Assembly: GCA_963744995.1 (NCBI GenBank)
Contig: CAVUWA010000009.1
Span: 96,001-160,000 of the forward strand
Direction: 5' to 3'
DNA: 64,000 nucleotides
Origin: Candidatus Eiseniibacteriota bacterium
GTDB lineage: Bacteria; Eisenbacteria; RBG-16-71-46
Of the stretch, positions 11,100 through 19,760 are shown piece by piece (the stretch's first letter is position 1; each line of letters starts with the position of its first letter). Both the position numbers and the translations under genes were made by a program. Under the pieces are notes generated by a model that searched no databases, was not told the origin of the DNA, and saw only the letters and a program-made list of their open reading frames with translations.

Positions 11100-11140
11100 C
11101 CGTGCGGCCGACCACCCCGTCGTTGATCTCCGCCGAGATC
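11100..11140. repeat. 41-bp copy of an internal miaB segment (other copy at 11792-11832)
   Basis: ccgtgcggccgaccaccccgtcgttgatctccgccgagatc versus ccgtgcggccgaccatcccgtcgttgatctcggccgagatc, 39/41 identical. Confidence 0.9.
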
Positions 11141-11151
11141 CCGGGCTGAGC

Positions 11152-11447
11152 GTGTTCGGCCGGACCAACGGCCGCATGACGCCGGATGGCTGCCTCGCCT
11201 CCTTCAGCGTGTACGGCTCGTTTCCGGACGGGACCGGTCTCGACCCCGCGCAGACCTATTGCCCTTGGGAGTTCGTCCACGACCTCGCGCAGGTGGGGTC
11301 GCCGGGCGGTCCGCGCTCCGGCGAGATACTGCCGCGGCGAGCATCTACGACTGCAACCGGTCCTCCGCCTACGGTTGCGTCATCTTCACGCCGATTCTCA
11401 CGTCGCCCGCCGGCGTCACGCCCATGCGCTGTGCGCCGGATCCTTGA
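11152..11447 (+). pseudogene. Possible gene remnant of unknown family
   Basis: Coding-like codon usage (SFSVYGSFPDGTGLDPAQTYCPWEFVHDLAQVG) that appears to continue in another frame (IYDCNRSSAYGCVIFTPILTSP). No RBS or clear start. Confidence 0.3.
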
Positions 11448-11582
11448 TCCGGCCACACGAGCAGCCGCCCCGACACCGACCTCCTGGATCGGTCGCGCCC
11501 CGCGTGAGGGATCTGGTCTTACCCGGATCCGGGAGAAGTGGAAGCGTCCTTGCTGCGGGTCGGCTCGCGGCGCAGGGGCGGA

Positions 11583-12917
11583 TCAGGCGATGTGGAGGAG
11601 CGGGCCCTTCCGCTCCGGTTCGCTCGCGACCGCCTCGCCGATCAGCGTCTGCGAGGTCGAGCCGATCACGCGCACGCGCGCGACCTGTCCGGCCGGCGTG
11701 CCGTCGTCGGCGAACACGACGTTCTTGAAGTCGGCGCTGCGGCCGAACAGCTGGCCGTCGCGCTTGCCGAAGCCTTCGACCAGCACTTCGACCGTGCGGC
11801 CGACCATCCCGTCGTTGATCTCGGCCGAGATCGCGTTCTGCTGGTCGATGAGCAGCGTGAGCCGGCGGCCTTTCTCCTCTTCGCTCACCGTCTCCGCCGA
11901 GCGCCACGCCTTCGTGTCGGGCCGCGCCGAGTACTTGAACAGGAACGCGCTGTCCCAGCGCACCTCACGCATGGTGTCGAGCGTCGCCTGGAAGTCCGCC
12001 TCGGTCTCGCCGGGGAAGCCGACGATCAGATCGGTGCTCAGCGCGAGGCCGGGAATCGCGGCGCGCAGGCGCGCGACCACGTCGCGGTATTCCGCCATCG
12101 TGTAGGTGCGATTCATCGCCGCGAGGATCGGGTCCGACCCGGACTGCAGCGGCAGGTGGACCTGGGGCGCCACCTTGTCGCATTCGGCCATCGTGGCGAT
12201 CACGCGATCGCTCATGTCGCTCGGATGCGGCGAGGTGAAGCGGATCCTGAGCAGGCCGTCGAGTGCGTTCGTCGCGCGCAGCAGGTCGGCGAAATCGTGC
12301 GTGCCGTCGTGGTAGGAGTTCACGGTCTGACCGAGGTAGACGATCTCGCGGAATCCGGCGGCGACCGCCTCGCGCGCCTGGCGCAGCAGATCCTGCAGCG
12401 GCAGGCTGCGCTCGCGGCCGCGGGTGTAGGGAACCACGCAGTACGTGCAGAACTTGTCGCAGCCGCGTTGCGCGGTGATCCAGGCGCGCACCCCGGCGCC
12501 GCGCTTCGGTTCGAGATCGCCGTAGGTCTCGTCGCGGTCGAGCCGCACGTGCGCGACCGGTTCGCCGGCTGCCGCGCGGAGCAGCTCGGGCAGGCGGCGG
12601 TAGCCGTCCGGGCCCACCACCAGATCCAGCACACGCGCGTCCTCCAGCAGCTTCCTGCGCAGATGCTGGGCCATGCAACCGGCCACGCCCACAACGAGTT
12701 GCGGGTTGCTCTTCTTGAGACGCGCGAAGTCGCCGAGGCGCCCGATCACACGCTGCTCGGCGTGCTCGCGGATCGCGCAGGTGTTGATGATCACCGCGTC
12801 GGCGTCCTCGGCGCGCCCGACCAGCGCCATGCCCGCGTGCTCCAGCACGCCGGCCATGAGCTCGCTGTCGGCGACGTTCATCTGACAGCCGTAGGTTTCG
12901 AGGAAGACCCGCTTCAT
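11583..12917 (-). CDS. miaB: tRNA-2-methylthio-N6-dimethylallyladenosine synthase MiaB
   Basis: ETYGCQMNVADSE, INTCAIRE, GCMAQ, radical-SAM CDKFCTYC, RFTSPHP, HLPLQSGS, IVGFPGETE, and a C-terminal TRAM domain. Confidence 0.97.
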   Translation of the reverse strand: MKRVFLETYGCQMNVADSELMAGVLEHAGMALVGRAEDADAVIINTCAIREHAEQRVIGRLGDFARLKKSNPQLVVGVAGCMAQHLRRKLLEDARVLDLVVGPDGYRRLPELLRAAAGEPVAHVRLDRDETYGDLEPKRGAGVRAWITAQRGCDKFCTYCVVPYTRGRERSLPLQDLLRQAREAVAAGFREIVYLGQTVNSYHDGTHDFADLLRATNALDGLLRIRFTSPHPSDMSDRVIATMAECDKVAPQVHLPLQSGSDPILAAMNRTYTMAEYRDVVARLRAAIPGLALSTDLIVGFPGETEADFQATLDTMREVRWDSAFLFKYSARPDTKAWRSAETVSEEEKGRRLTLLIDQQNAISAEINDGMVGRTVEVLVEGFGKRDGQLFGRSADFKNVVFADDGTPAGQVARVRVIGSTSQTLIGEAVASEPERKGPLLHIA

Positions 12918-12926
12918 GAGGCGCGG

Positions 12927-12935
12927 ACGATAGCA
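12927..12935 (-). promoter_or_regulatory. Extended -10 element (TGcTATCGT) for a near-leaderless miaB transcript
   Basis: TGnTAnnnT lies 9 nt before the ATG and there is no Shine-Dalgarno. Confidence 0.45.
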
Positions 12936-13036
12936 CGGGGCGCCGGGAGCGGCCAGACCGCGGGGGCGGCTCGCGCGGGCGCGCGTTGACGCGGCCCGCG
13001 CGAGCCGCCATGCTCGTTTTGCACTTCGGAGGATCG

Positions 13037-13459
13037 ATGCCATCCAGGCCCAGTCGCGCGCTGGTCACGTTCGAAAACCCAAGGCCCGGCCGCCCCTACG
13101 TCATCCGCCACGAGTGCCCCGAATACACCGCGATCTGCCCGGTGACGGGGCAGCCGGATTTCGGCACGATCGTGGTGCGCTACGTGCCGGACGCGCTGTG
13201 CGTGGAGCTCAAGTCGCTCAAGCTCTACCTGTGGTCATTCCGGAACGAGGGCCACTATTTCGAGGACGTCACCAACCGGATCCTCGACGATCTGGTGAGA
13301 GCCGTGCGGCCGCTGAAGATGACGGTGTCCGGCCGCTTCAACGTGCGCGGCGGGATCGCGACCCGCGTGGTCGCCCGCTACCGCAAGGACCGCGACGGCG
13401 CGCCGCGCGCCGCACGCGCCAGAAAGGTGCCCGCCGCAGGGCGCAAGACGAGAACATGA
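13037..13459 (+). CDS. queF: NADPH-dependent preQ0 reductase QueF (short type)
   Basis: [50 protein letters not shown]. Confidence 0.95.
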   Translation: MPSRPSRALVTFENPRPGRPYVIRHECPEYTAICPVTGQPDFGTIVVRYVPDALCVELKSLKLYLWSFRNEGHYFEDVTNRILDDLVRAVRPLKMTVSGRFNVRGGIATRVVARYRKDRDGAPRAARARKVPAAGRKTRT

Positions 13460-13488
13460 ACAGGCGCCGCTGAGCGCGGGAGGGCCCG

Positions 13489-16400
13489 TTGAAGAACGCC
13501 CTTCGCCACATCGTCCCCCTGTTGCTGCTGGCTCTCGCCGCGACCGGCCCGGTTAACGCGCGCGCGGACGAACGCGTGCCCGGCGAGCTGATCATCGGCT
13601 GGCATGCAGGCGCGCGCGCGGCGGAGCGGGCCGCGCTGATCGAACGCGGCCGCGCTCACGTGCTGCATCGCTTCCACACGATCGATGCCGCCTGGCTCCG
13701 CGTCGACGGCGACCCCGACTCGGCCATGGCGGTGCTCGCCGCCGATCCGCGCGTGGCGTACGTCGAGCCCAACCGCATCTGGCACGCCGACGTCGTCCCG
13801 GACGACCCGCTCTTTGGCGAGCAGTGGGCGCTGCTCAACACCGGCCAGGCCGGCGGCACGACCGGCGCCGACATCGAGGCGGTGCCGGCGTGGGATCTGT
13901 TCACCGGCGTCCAGGATCTGCGCGTGGGCATCATCGATTCGGGCATCGACCTCACGCATCCCGATCTCGTGGACAATCTGTGGACCAACCCGGGCGAGAT
14001 CCCGGGCAACGGCGTGGACGACGACGGCAACGGTTACGTGGACGACGTCCACGGCTACGATTTCGCCAACCACGATCCCGATCCGAACGACGATTTCGGG
14101 CACGGCACGCACGTGGCCGGGATCCTCGCGGCCCGCACCGGCAACGGGATCGGCATCGCCGGTGTCGCGTGGCGGGCGCAACTGGTGGCGATCAAGTTCC
14201 TCGACAGCTCGGGCAGGGGCACCACCTCTGCGGCGATCGAGGCGATCGAGTACGCGTCGACGCTCGGGCTGCGCTTGACCAGCAACTCCTGGGGCGGGTC
14301 GGTGCCATCGGGTGCGCTCGAGGCCGCGATCGCGGCCGCCGGAGCGGCCGGACAGGTGTTCGTCGCCGCCGCCGGCAACCGCGCTGCCGACAACGATGCG
14401 GCCCCCGAGTATCCGTCGAGCTACGACCTGCCGAACATCGTTGCCGTCGCGGCCACGGGCGCCGACGACCGGCTGGCGCCGTTCTCCAACTACGGCCTGC
14501 AGTCGGTGGACATCGCGGCGCCTGGGGTGGCGATCCTGTCGTGCCTGCCGGGCGGCGCCTACGGCCGGTTGAGCGGTACCTCGATGGCGACGCCGATGGT
14601 CGCAGGCGCGCTCGCCCTGCTCATCGGCCGCTCCCCGCAGCTCTCGCCCGTGCAGGCGATCGACGTGCTGCTGGCCGGCGCGGAGCGCATCCCCACGCTC
14701 GACGGCCTGGTGCACGACGCCGCGCGCCTGAACGTGCTGCATGCGGTTTCCGATCCCGACACCGTCGCGCCCGGCGCGATCACCGGCCTCGCGATCGCCG
14801 AGAGCGGCTCCAACTCGATGACGCTCGAATGGATCGCGACCGGCGACGACGGCGACGTGGGGCGCGCCAGCGACTACGACATCCGTTATGCGACGTATCC
14901 GCTCGACGCGTCGAACCTGGAGGGTGCGGCCCATCTGTTCGGCCTGGTGCCCGGTGCACCGGGCGACACGGAACGGTTCGAGATCACGGGGCTCGACGTC
15001 CGTACCGCCTACTGGTTCGTGGTGCGCGCCCGCGACGAATTCGGCAACCTGAGCCCGCTGACCGCGTCGGTCGAGGGCGTGACGCTCGGTCCGCCGCAGA
15101 TCGTCACGACTCCGTCCGCGGTGGAGGTGGCGCTCGCGGTCGGCGCGCGCGACACGGCGACCGTCGAGATCGCCAACGCCGCCGAGGGCACGCTCGACTT
15201 CACGGTGCCGTCGGTTGCGCTCGCCTATCCGCCACCGCCCGCGGCCGCCCTCCGCGTCGCGACCGACGCATCCCTGAAGGGGGAGCAGGGAACCCCGGGC
15301 CCGGTCGTGGCGGCGTCCGCCGGCGGTCCGGACGCGGCAGGCCACCGCTGGGTCGACAGCCGTGATCCGGCCGGCCCCGCATTCGCGTGGGTCGACGTCA
15401 CCGGCGATGGGACGCGCGTGCCGCTCACCGGCGATGACGTGCTCTCGGCACCGATCGACATCGGCTTCGAGTTTCCGTTCTATGGCGCCACGGTCCGCGC
15501 GGTCCGGGTATCCACCAACGGCCTCCTGACCTTCTCGGACGTCGAGGGCGCGCCGGTCAACCAGTTCCTGCCGTCGACGGGCGGGCCACCGCTCACGATC
15601 GCGCCGTTCTGGGACGATCTCCTGTTCGCCAGCGTGCAGCGCGCCTGGTATCGCGCGGATCCGGACCGCTTCATCGTCACCTGGCTCGCGGTGCCGCACT
15701 ACGGGTCGGGCGGACCCTACACGTTCCAGGCGATTCTCTACGCGAACGGCGAGATCCGCTTCCAGTACCTCACGATGGGCGCGGCGACCCTGAGCGCGAC
15801 GGCGGGCATTCAGAATGCCGATCGCACGGTCGGTCTCACGGTCGCGCACAATACCGAGTTCTTCGTCGACAGCCTGGCCGTGAGGATCCTGTCCCTGCCG
15901 CAATGGGTGAGCGCGAGCCCTGCGACGGGCCGGGTGCATGCGGGCGAGCACACGGAACTCCGGCTCGCCGTGGATGCGCGCGGCCTGAAGGGCGGTACCT
16001 ATGACGGCACGCTGACGATCCGCAGCAACGACCCCGCCGACAGCGCGCACGCGATTCCGATCCGGCTGGTGGCGAGCGGCGCTCCGGACCTCGTGCTCGA
16101 TCCGCCCGGGGTCGCGTTCGGCGATGTGTTCGTCGGCGCGCAGGCATCGGCCACGGTCCGCGTGCGCAATCCCGGCACCGAGTGGCTGCAGGTCGCGGGC
16201 ATCGAGATTCCCGATCCGGGTATCACGGTCGAGCCGCAGGTGTTCGCGGTGCCGCCGGACGGCAGCGCGGCGCTCGAGTGGACGTTCCGGCCCGCCGTCG
16301 CGGGGACGCTCGCAGCCGATGCCGTGCTGCACTCGAACGCCGGAGCGGGGAGTGCTCTGCTGGCGCTCTCCGGGCGCGCGGTGTCGCCGCCGGTGCTGGC

Positions 16401-19400
16401 GCTCGAGCCGGCGTCGCTGGCGGCGGAGCTCGAAGCGGGAGCCGAAACCGCGCGATCCCTGCGGCTCGAGAACCGCGGCGCCGCGCCGCTGGTCTTCGCC
16501 ACCCGCGCCGCGGCCGCCGCCGCGGGCCCGGCCTCGGGACCGTGGCCCGCCGCCGCGTCGATGCCGCGGGCGAAGCGCGCTGCGGATGCGGTCGCAGGGA
16601 TCGGCGGCGCCGCCGCGGGCGGCCCCGACGCGTTCGGCTACACGTTCCGCACCGGCGATGTGCCGGGCGGGCCGGTGTTCGAGTGGATCGATGCGACGGC
16701 CGGAGGCGAGTCGCTCGCCCTGACCGGTGACGATGCGGTCTCCGCGCCGCTGCCGATCGGGTTCGACTTTCCGTTCTACGGCGCCGCCCACGGCACGCTG
16801 CGCGTCTGCACCAACGGCTGGCTGTCGTTCACGAGCGCGCTCACGGCCTTCTCCAATACGGCGCTGCCGAGCGCGGCGGCCGGCGTGCCGGAAAACCTCG
16901 TCGCGCCCTACTGGGACGATTTCCACTTCGCCGGCGGCACCCATGCGTGGATCCGCCGCGATCCGGGGCGCACGGTGGTGGAATGGCACGAGGCAGGTCG
17001 GCTCGACGACGCGCTGCGGCCGAACACGTTCGAGGCGGTGCTCTTCGCCGACGGCCGGATCCGCTTCCAGTACCTGCGCATGAAGGGCGAGAACCTGTCG
17101 AGCGGCACCGCCGGCATCCAGAATGCCGCCCGCGATGACGGCCTCACGGCGGCGTATGACGTCGCATTCGTCCAGGACAGTCTCGTGATCGAGTTCGCGC
17201 CGCCCGTTCCCTGGCTCGACGTCGTTCCGGGCACGGGAACGATCGCGCCCGGGGCGGCGCTCGACCTGGGCGTGACGTTCCGCACGCAGAACCTGCTGGC
17301 CGGCAGCTTCGCCGGCGCGATCGTGATCTCGAGCAACGACCCGCTGCGTCCGATGGCGGCGGCGCCGTGCACGCTGCGCGTCGCCGGCATGGCGCGGCTC
17401 GTCGCCGACGTGGAGCCGATCGTGGTGGAGCAGGCCTACGCGGGATTCGTGCGTGCGCTGGACGTCGGGTTGCGCAACGCGGGCACGGCCGCGTTCGACG
17501 CGATCCAGGTCGCGAGCGGCGATCCTGCGCTCAGCGCGTCGCTCGAACCGGCGCGGATCGCGCCGGGCGGCACGGGGACGCTGCATCTCGGTCTCGCCGC
17601 GGGGCAGGAAGGTCCGTTCGCGACGACCGTGACGCTGACGCCCGCCACCGGTGCGCCGGCCACGTTCACGGTGGAGGCGCAGGTGACGCCCGCACCGCGC
17701 GCCACGACCTCGACGGGGCGGATCGAGGCGACGCTCGCGAACGGTATCGGCGAGGCCGCCGCCTCGGGCGAGCGGCCGGTGGTGATCGCCAACGCAGGGG
17801 GCAGTCCGCTCCTCTGGCATGCGGACGTGCTGCTCGGGGGGCTGCCGGTGAGCGGGCGGGCGCTGGCCGCGCCGGCGCCCGGGCGACCCAAGGGGATCCG
17901 CGCCGCGGCGGGCGCCGTGGGTGCTGCGGGCCCCGATGCGGCGGGTTACGAGTGGGTGGACAGCCGCGCGCCCGGGGCGCCGCCCTTCGCGTGGATCGAC
18001 GTCGCTGCGACCGGGGCGCCGGTGGCGCTCGATCAGGACGATCAGCTCTCGGCGCCGGTCGCGCTGCCGTTCCCATTTCCGTTCTACGATGGGGCATTCG
18101 ACTCGGTGCGGATCGCCAGCAACGGCTATCTCACGTTCGGGGACGATCCGGTGAGCTACACGAACGTCGCGCTGCCCCACCCGGACGCACCGCACGATCT
18201 GATCGCGCCGTTCTGGACCGATCTCGACTTCCGTCCGCAGGCGGGGGCTGCGCGGGTGCGTACGGCCCTCGTGGGGGATCGCTACGTGATCGCGTTCCTC
18301 GACGTGCCGCGATTCGGCGGCGGCGCACCGTCGTCTTTCGAGGTGCTGCTCGGGGCCGACGGAGCGATCGACTTCCAGTATCTCGCCGCCGGCGCGGGCG
18401 CGGACGAGGCGACGATCGGCATTCAGAACGAACGCGGCGACGTCGGTCTCACCGCGGCATGGGCGGCGCCGCTGGTCGAGGACGGCATGCGGATCTCCTT
18501 CCGGCGTCGCCAGCCCTGGCTCGCGCTCGACCGCGCGGACGGCGTCGTGGCGCCCGGGGCGCGCGACACCCTGTGGGCGCGCTTCGCCGCTCCGCAATAC
18601 GGCGACGGCGCCTACAGCGGTGCGGTATGGCTCCACACCTCCGATCCCGCACGCCCCGACCGGATCATCGTGGCGGCGATGCACGTGGGCACGGTCGCGG
18701 CCCGCGTTTCGCTCGATCCGCGCCGCGGCGGCCCGGGAACGCCGCGCTGGATCGAGGCGCGGGTGACGCCGCACGCGGTGCTCGACCCGGACGCGCTCGC
18801 CGGCGCGCGTCCGACGCTGGCCGGCGTCGGCGCCACGGGGCCGGCCACGCCGCTCGAGGACGGCACCGTGCTGTTCCGCTTCCCGCGCCTCCCCGTGTTG
18901 CGCGCGCTGCCGGCGGGCCCGGCAGCGGTGCTCGCGCTCGCGGCCGAGGTCGAAGGCCTCGCGTGGGTGTTCGGTGCGGACACGCTGCGCACCGCGGGAC
19001 CCGTGGACGTGTCCGCGCCGCCATTTCCGCTCACGGGCGGGGAGGAGGCCGCGCTCACGTGGCGTGCGGCGCCGGGCACGAGCGTGGATGCCTATCTCAC
19101 CCTCGATTTCGGCGCCACCTGGAACGCGCTCGCGCGCGGCGTGACGGACGGCGCGGCACGCTTCCGGGTGCCGCGCGTGGACGCCGCCGCAGCGTGGCTC
19201 GAGCTCGAGGCCCGCGACGCCGCAGGCTACGCCGGCTCTTCGTTCATCGGCCCGTTCGCGATCGGCGCCGGCGCTCCGCTGCCCGCGCGGTTCGCGCTGC
19301 GCGTGGACGGCGCGCAGCCGGCGCGGGCGCCGGTCACGTTCCAGCTCGCGCTGCCCGAGGACGCCGGGGTGCGTGTGGACGTCTTCGACCTGCGCGGCGC

Positions 19401-19563
19401 GCGCGTCGCGACGCTCGCCCGCGGCTTCATGCCGGCGGGACGCACGGCGCTCGTCTGGGACGGTCGCGACCGCGCGGGCGGGGCCGCGGCGCCGGGGCTC
19501 TATTTCGCGCGCGCGCTCGCCGGTTCCCGGGAGGTGCGGGCCCGCATCGTACTGATCCGCTGA
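13489..19563 (+). CDS. Large secreted S8 subtilisin-like protease with FN3, three repeated Ig/NIDO-like modules and a FlgD-Ig-like C-terminal domain
   Basis: Signal peptide, catalytic triad IIDSGID / HGTHVAG / SGTSMATP, AAGN oxyanion motif, and a C-terminus VFDLRGARV..WDGRD..PGLYF. Confidence 0.93.
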   Translation: MKNALRHIVPLLLLALAATGPVNARADERVPGELIIGWHAGARAAERAALIERGRAHVLHRFHTIDAAWLRVDGDPDSAMAVLAADPRVAYVEPNRIWHADVVPDDPLFGEQWALLNTGQAGGTTGADIEAVPAWDLFTGVQDLRVGIIDSGIDLTHPDLVDNLWTNPGEIPGNGVDDDGNGYVDDVHGYDFANHDPDPNDDFGHGTHVAGILAARTGNGIGIAGVAWRAQLVAIKFLDSSGRGTTSAAIEAIEYASTLGLRLTSNSWGGSVPSGALEAAIAAAGAAGQVFVAAAGNRAADNDAAPEYPSSYDLPNIVAVAATGADDRLAPFSNYGLQSVDIAAPGVAILSCLPGGAYGRLSGTSMATPMVAGALALLIGRSPQLSPVQAIDVLLAGAERIPTLDGLVHDAARLNVLHAVSDPDTVAPGAITGLAIAESGSNSMTLEWIATGDDGDVGRASDYDIRYATYPLDASNLEGAAHLFGLVPGAPGDTERFEITGLDVRTAYWFVVRARDEFGNLSPLTASVEGVTLGPPQIVTTPSAVEVALAVGARDTATVEIANAAEGTLDFTVPSVALAYPPPPAAALRVATDASLKGEQGTPGPVVAASAGGPDAAGHRWVDSRDPAGPAFAWVDVTGDGTRVPLTGDDVLSAPIDIGFEFPFYGATVRAVRVSTNGLLTFSDVEGAPVNQFLPSTGGPPLTIAPFWDDLLFASVQRAWYRADPDRFIVTWLAVPHYGSGGPYTFQAILYANGEIRFQYLTMGAATLSATAGIQNADRTVGLTVAHNTEFFVDSLAVRILSLPQWVSASPATGRVHAGEHTELRLAVDARGLKGGTYDGTLTIRSNDPADSAHAIPIRLVASGAPDLVLDPPGVAFGDVFVGAQASATVRVRNPGTEWLQVAGIEIPDPGITVEPQVFAVPPDGSAALEWTFRPAVAGTLAADAVLHSNAGAGSALLALSGRAVSPPVLALEPASLAAELEAGAETARSLRLENRGAAPLVFATRAAAAAAGPASGPWPAAASMPRAKRAADAVAGIGGAAAGGPDAFGYTFRTGDVPGGPVFEWIDATAGGESLALTGDDAVSAPLPIGFDFPFYGAAHGTLRVCTNGWLSFTSALTAFSNTALPSAAAGVPENLVAPYWDDFHFAGGTHAWIRRDPGRTVVEWHEAGRLDDALRPNTFEAVLFADGRIRFQYLRMKGENLSSGTAGIQNAARDDGLTAAYDVAFVQDSLVIEFAPPVPWLDVVPGTGTIAPGAALDLGVTFRTQNLLAGSFAGAIVISSNDPLRPMAAAPCTLRVAGMARLVADVEPIVVEQAYAGFVRALDVGLRNAGTAAFDAIQVASGDPALSASLEPARIAPGGTGTLHLGLAAGQEGPFATTVTLTPATGAPATFTVEAQVTPAPRATTSTGRIEATLANGIGEAAASGERPVVIANAGGSPLLWHADVLLGGLPVSGRALAAPAPGRPKGIRAAAGAVGAAGPDAAGYEWVDSRAPGAPPFAWIDVAATGAPVALDQDDQLSAPVALPFPFPFYDGAFDSVRIASNGYLTFGDDPVSYTNVALPHPDAPHDLIAPFWTDLDFRPQAGAARVRTALVGDRYVIAFLDVPRFGGGAPSSFEVLLGADGAIDFQYLAAGAGADEATIGIQNERGDVGLTAAWAAPLVEDGMRISFRRRQPWLALDRADGVVAPGARDTLWARFAAPQYGDGAYSGAVWLHTSDPARPDRIIVAAMHVGTVAARVSLDPRRGGPGTPRWIEARVTPHAVLDPDALAGARPTLAGVGATGPATPLEDGTVLFRFPRLPVLRALPAGPAAVLALAAEVEGLAWVFGADTLRTAGPVDVSAPPFPLTGGEEAALTWRAAPGTSVDAYLTLDFGATWNALARGVTDGAARFRVPRVDAAAAWLELEARDAAGYAGSSFIGPFAIGAGAPLPARFALRVDGAQPARAPVTFQLALPEDAGVRVDVFDLRGARVATLARGFMPAGRTALVWDGRDRAGGAAAPGLYFARALAGSREVRARIVLIR
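15090..18690 (+). repeat. Three tandem modules of about 430 aa inside the S8 protease (boundaries approximate)
   Basis: (G/A)GPDAxG(H/Y)...F(A/E)W(V/I)D...FPFY...NG.L.F...AP(F/Y)W.D...FQY...GIQN, starting at 15322, 16618 and 17926 (periods 1296 and 1308 nt). Confidence 0.85.
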
Positions 19564-19760
19564 GCGGGCCGCACCGGCCTGCCGGAAGCCCGCTTGACGG
19601 GCTCCTGGCGCTCCGAAACACTGGCTGCGGCGATTCGGCGTGCACGCGGCCGCGCGCGTCGGCGCGGACCGGCGGGGCGCGCCGACCGTGCAACGAAACG
19701 GCGCGCCCTGCGTAGATGGCTACAGCGACCGACGCCCTCACGACCCCACCCTCGAGGCCG

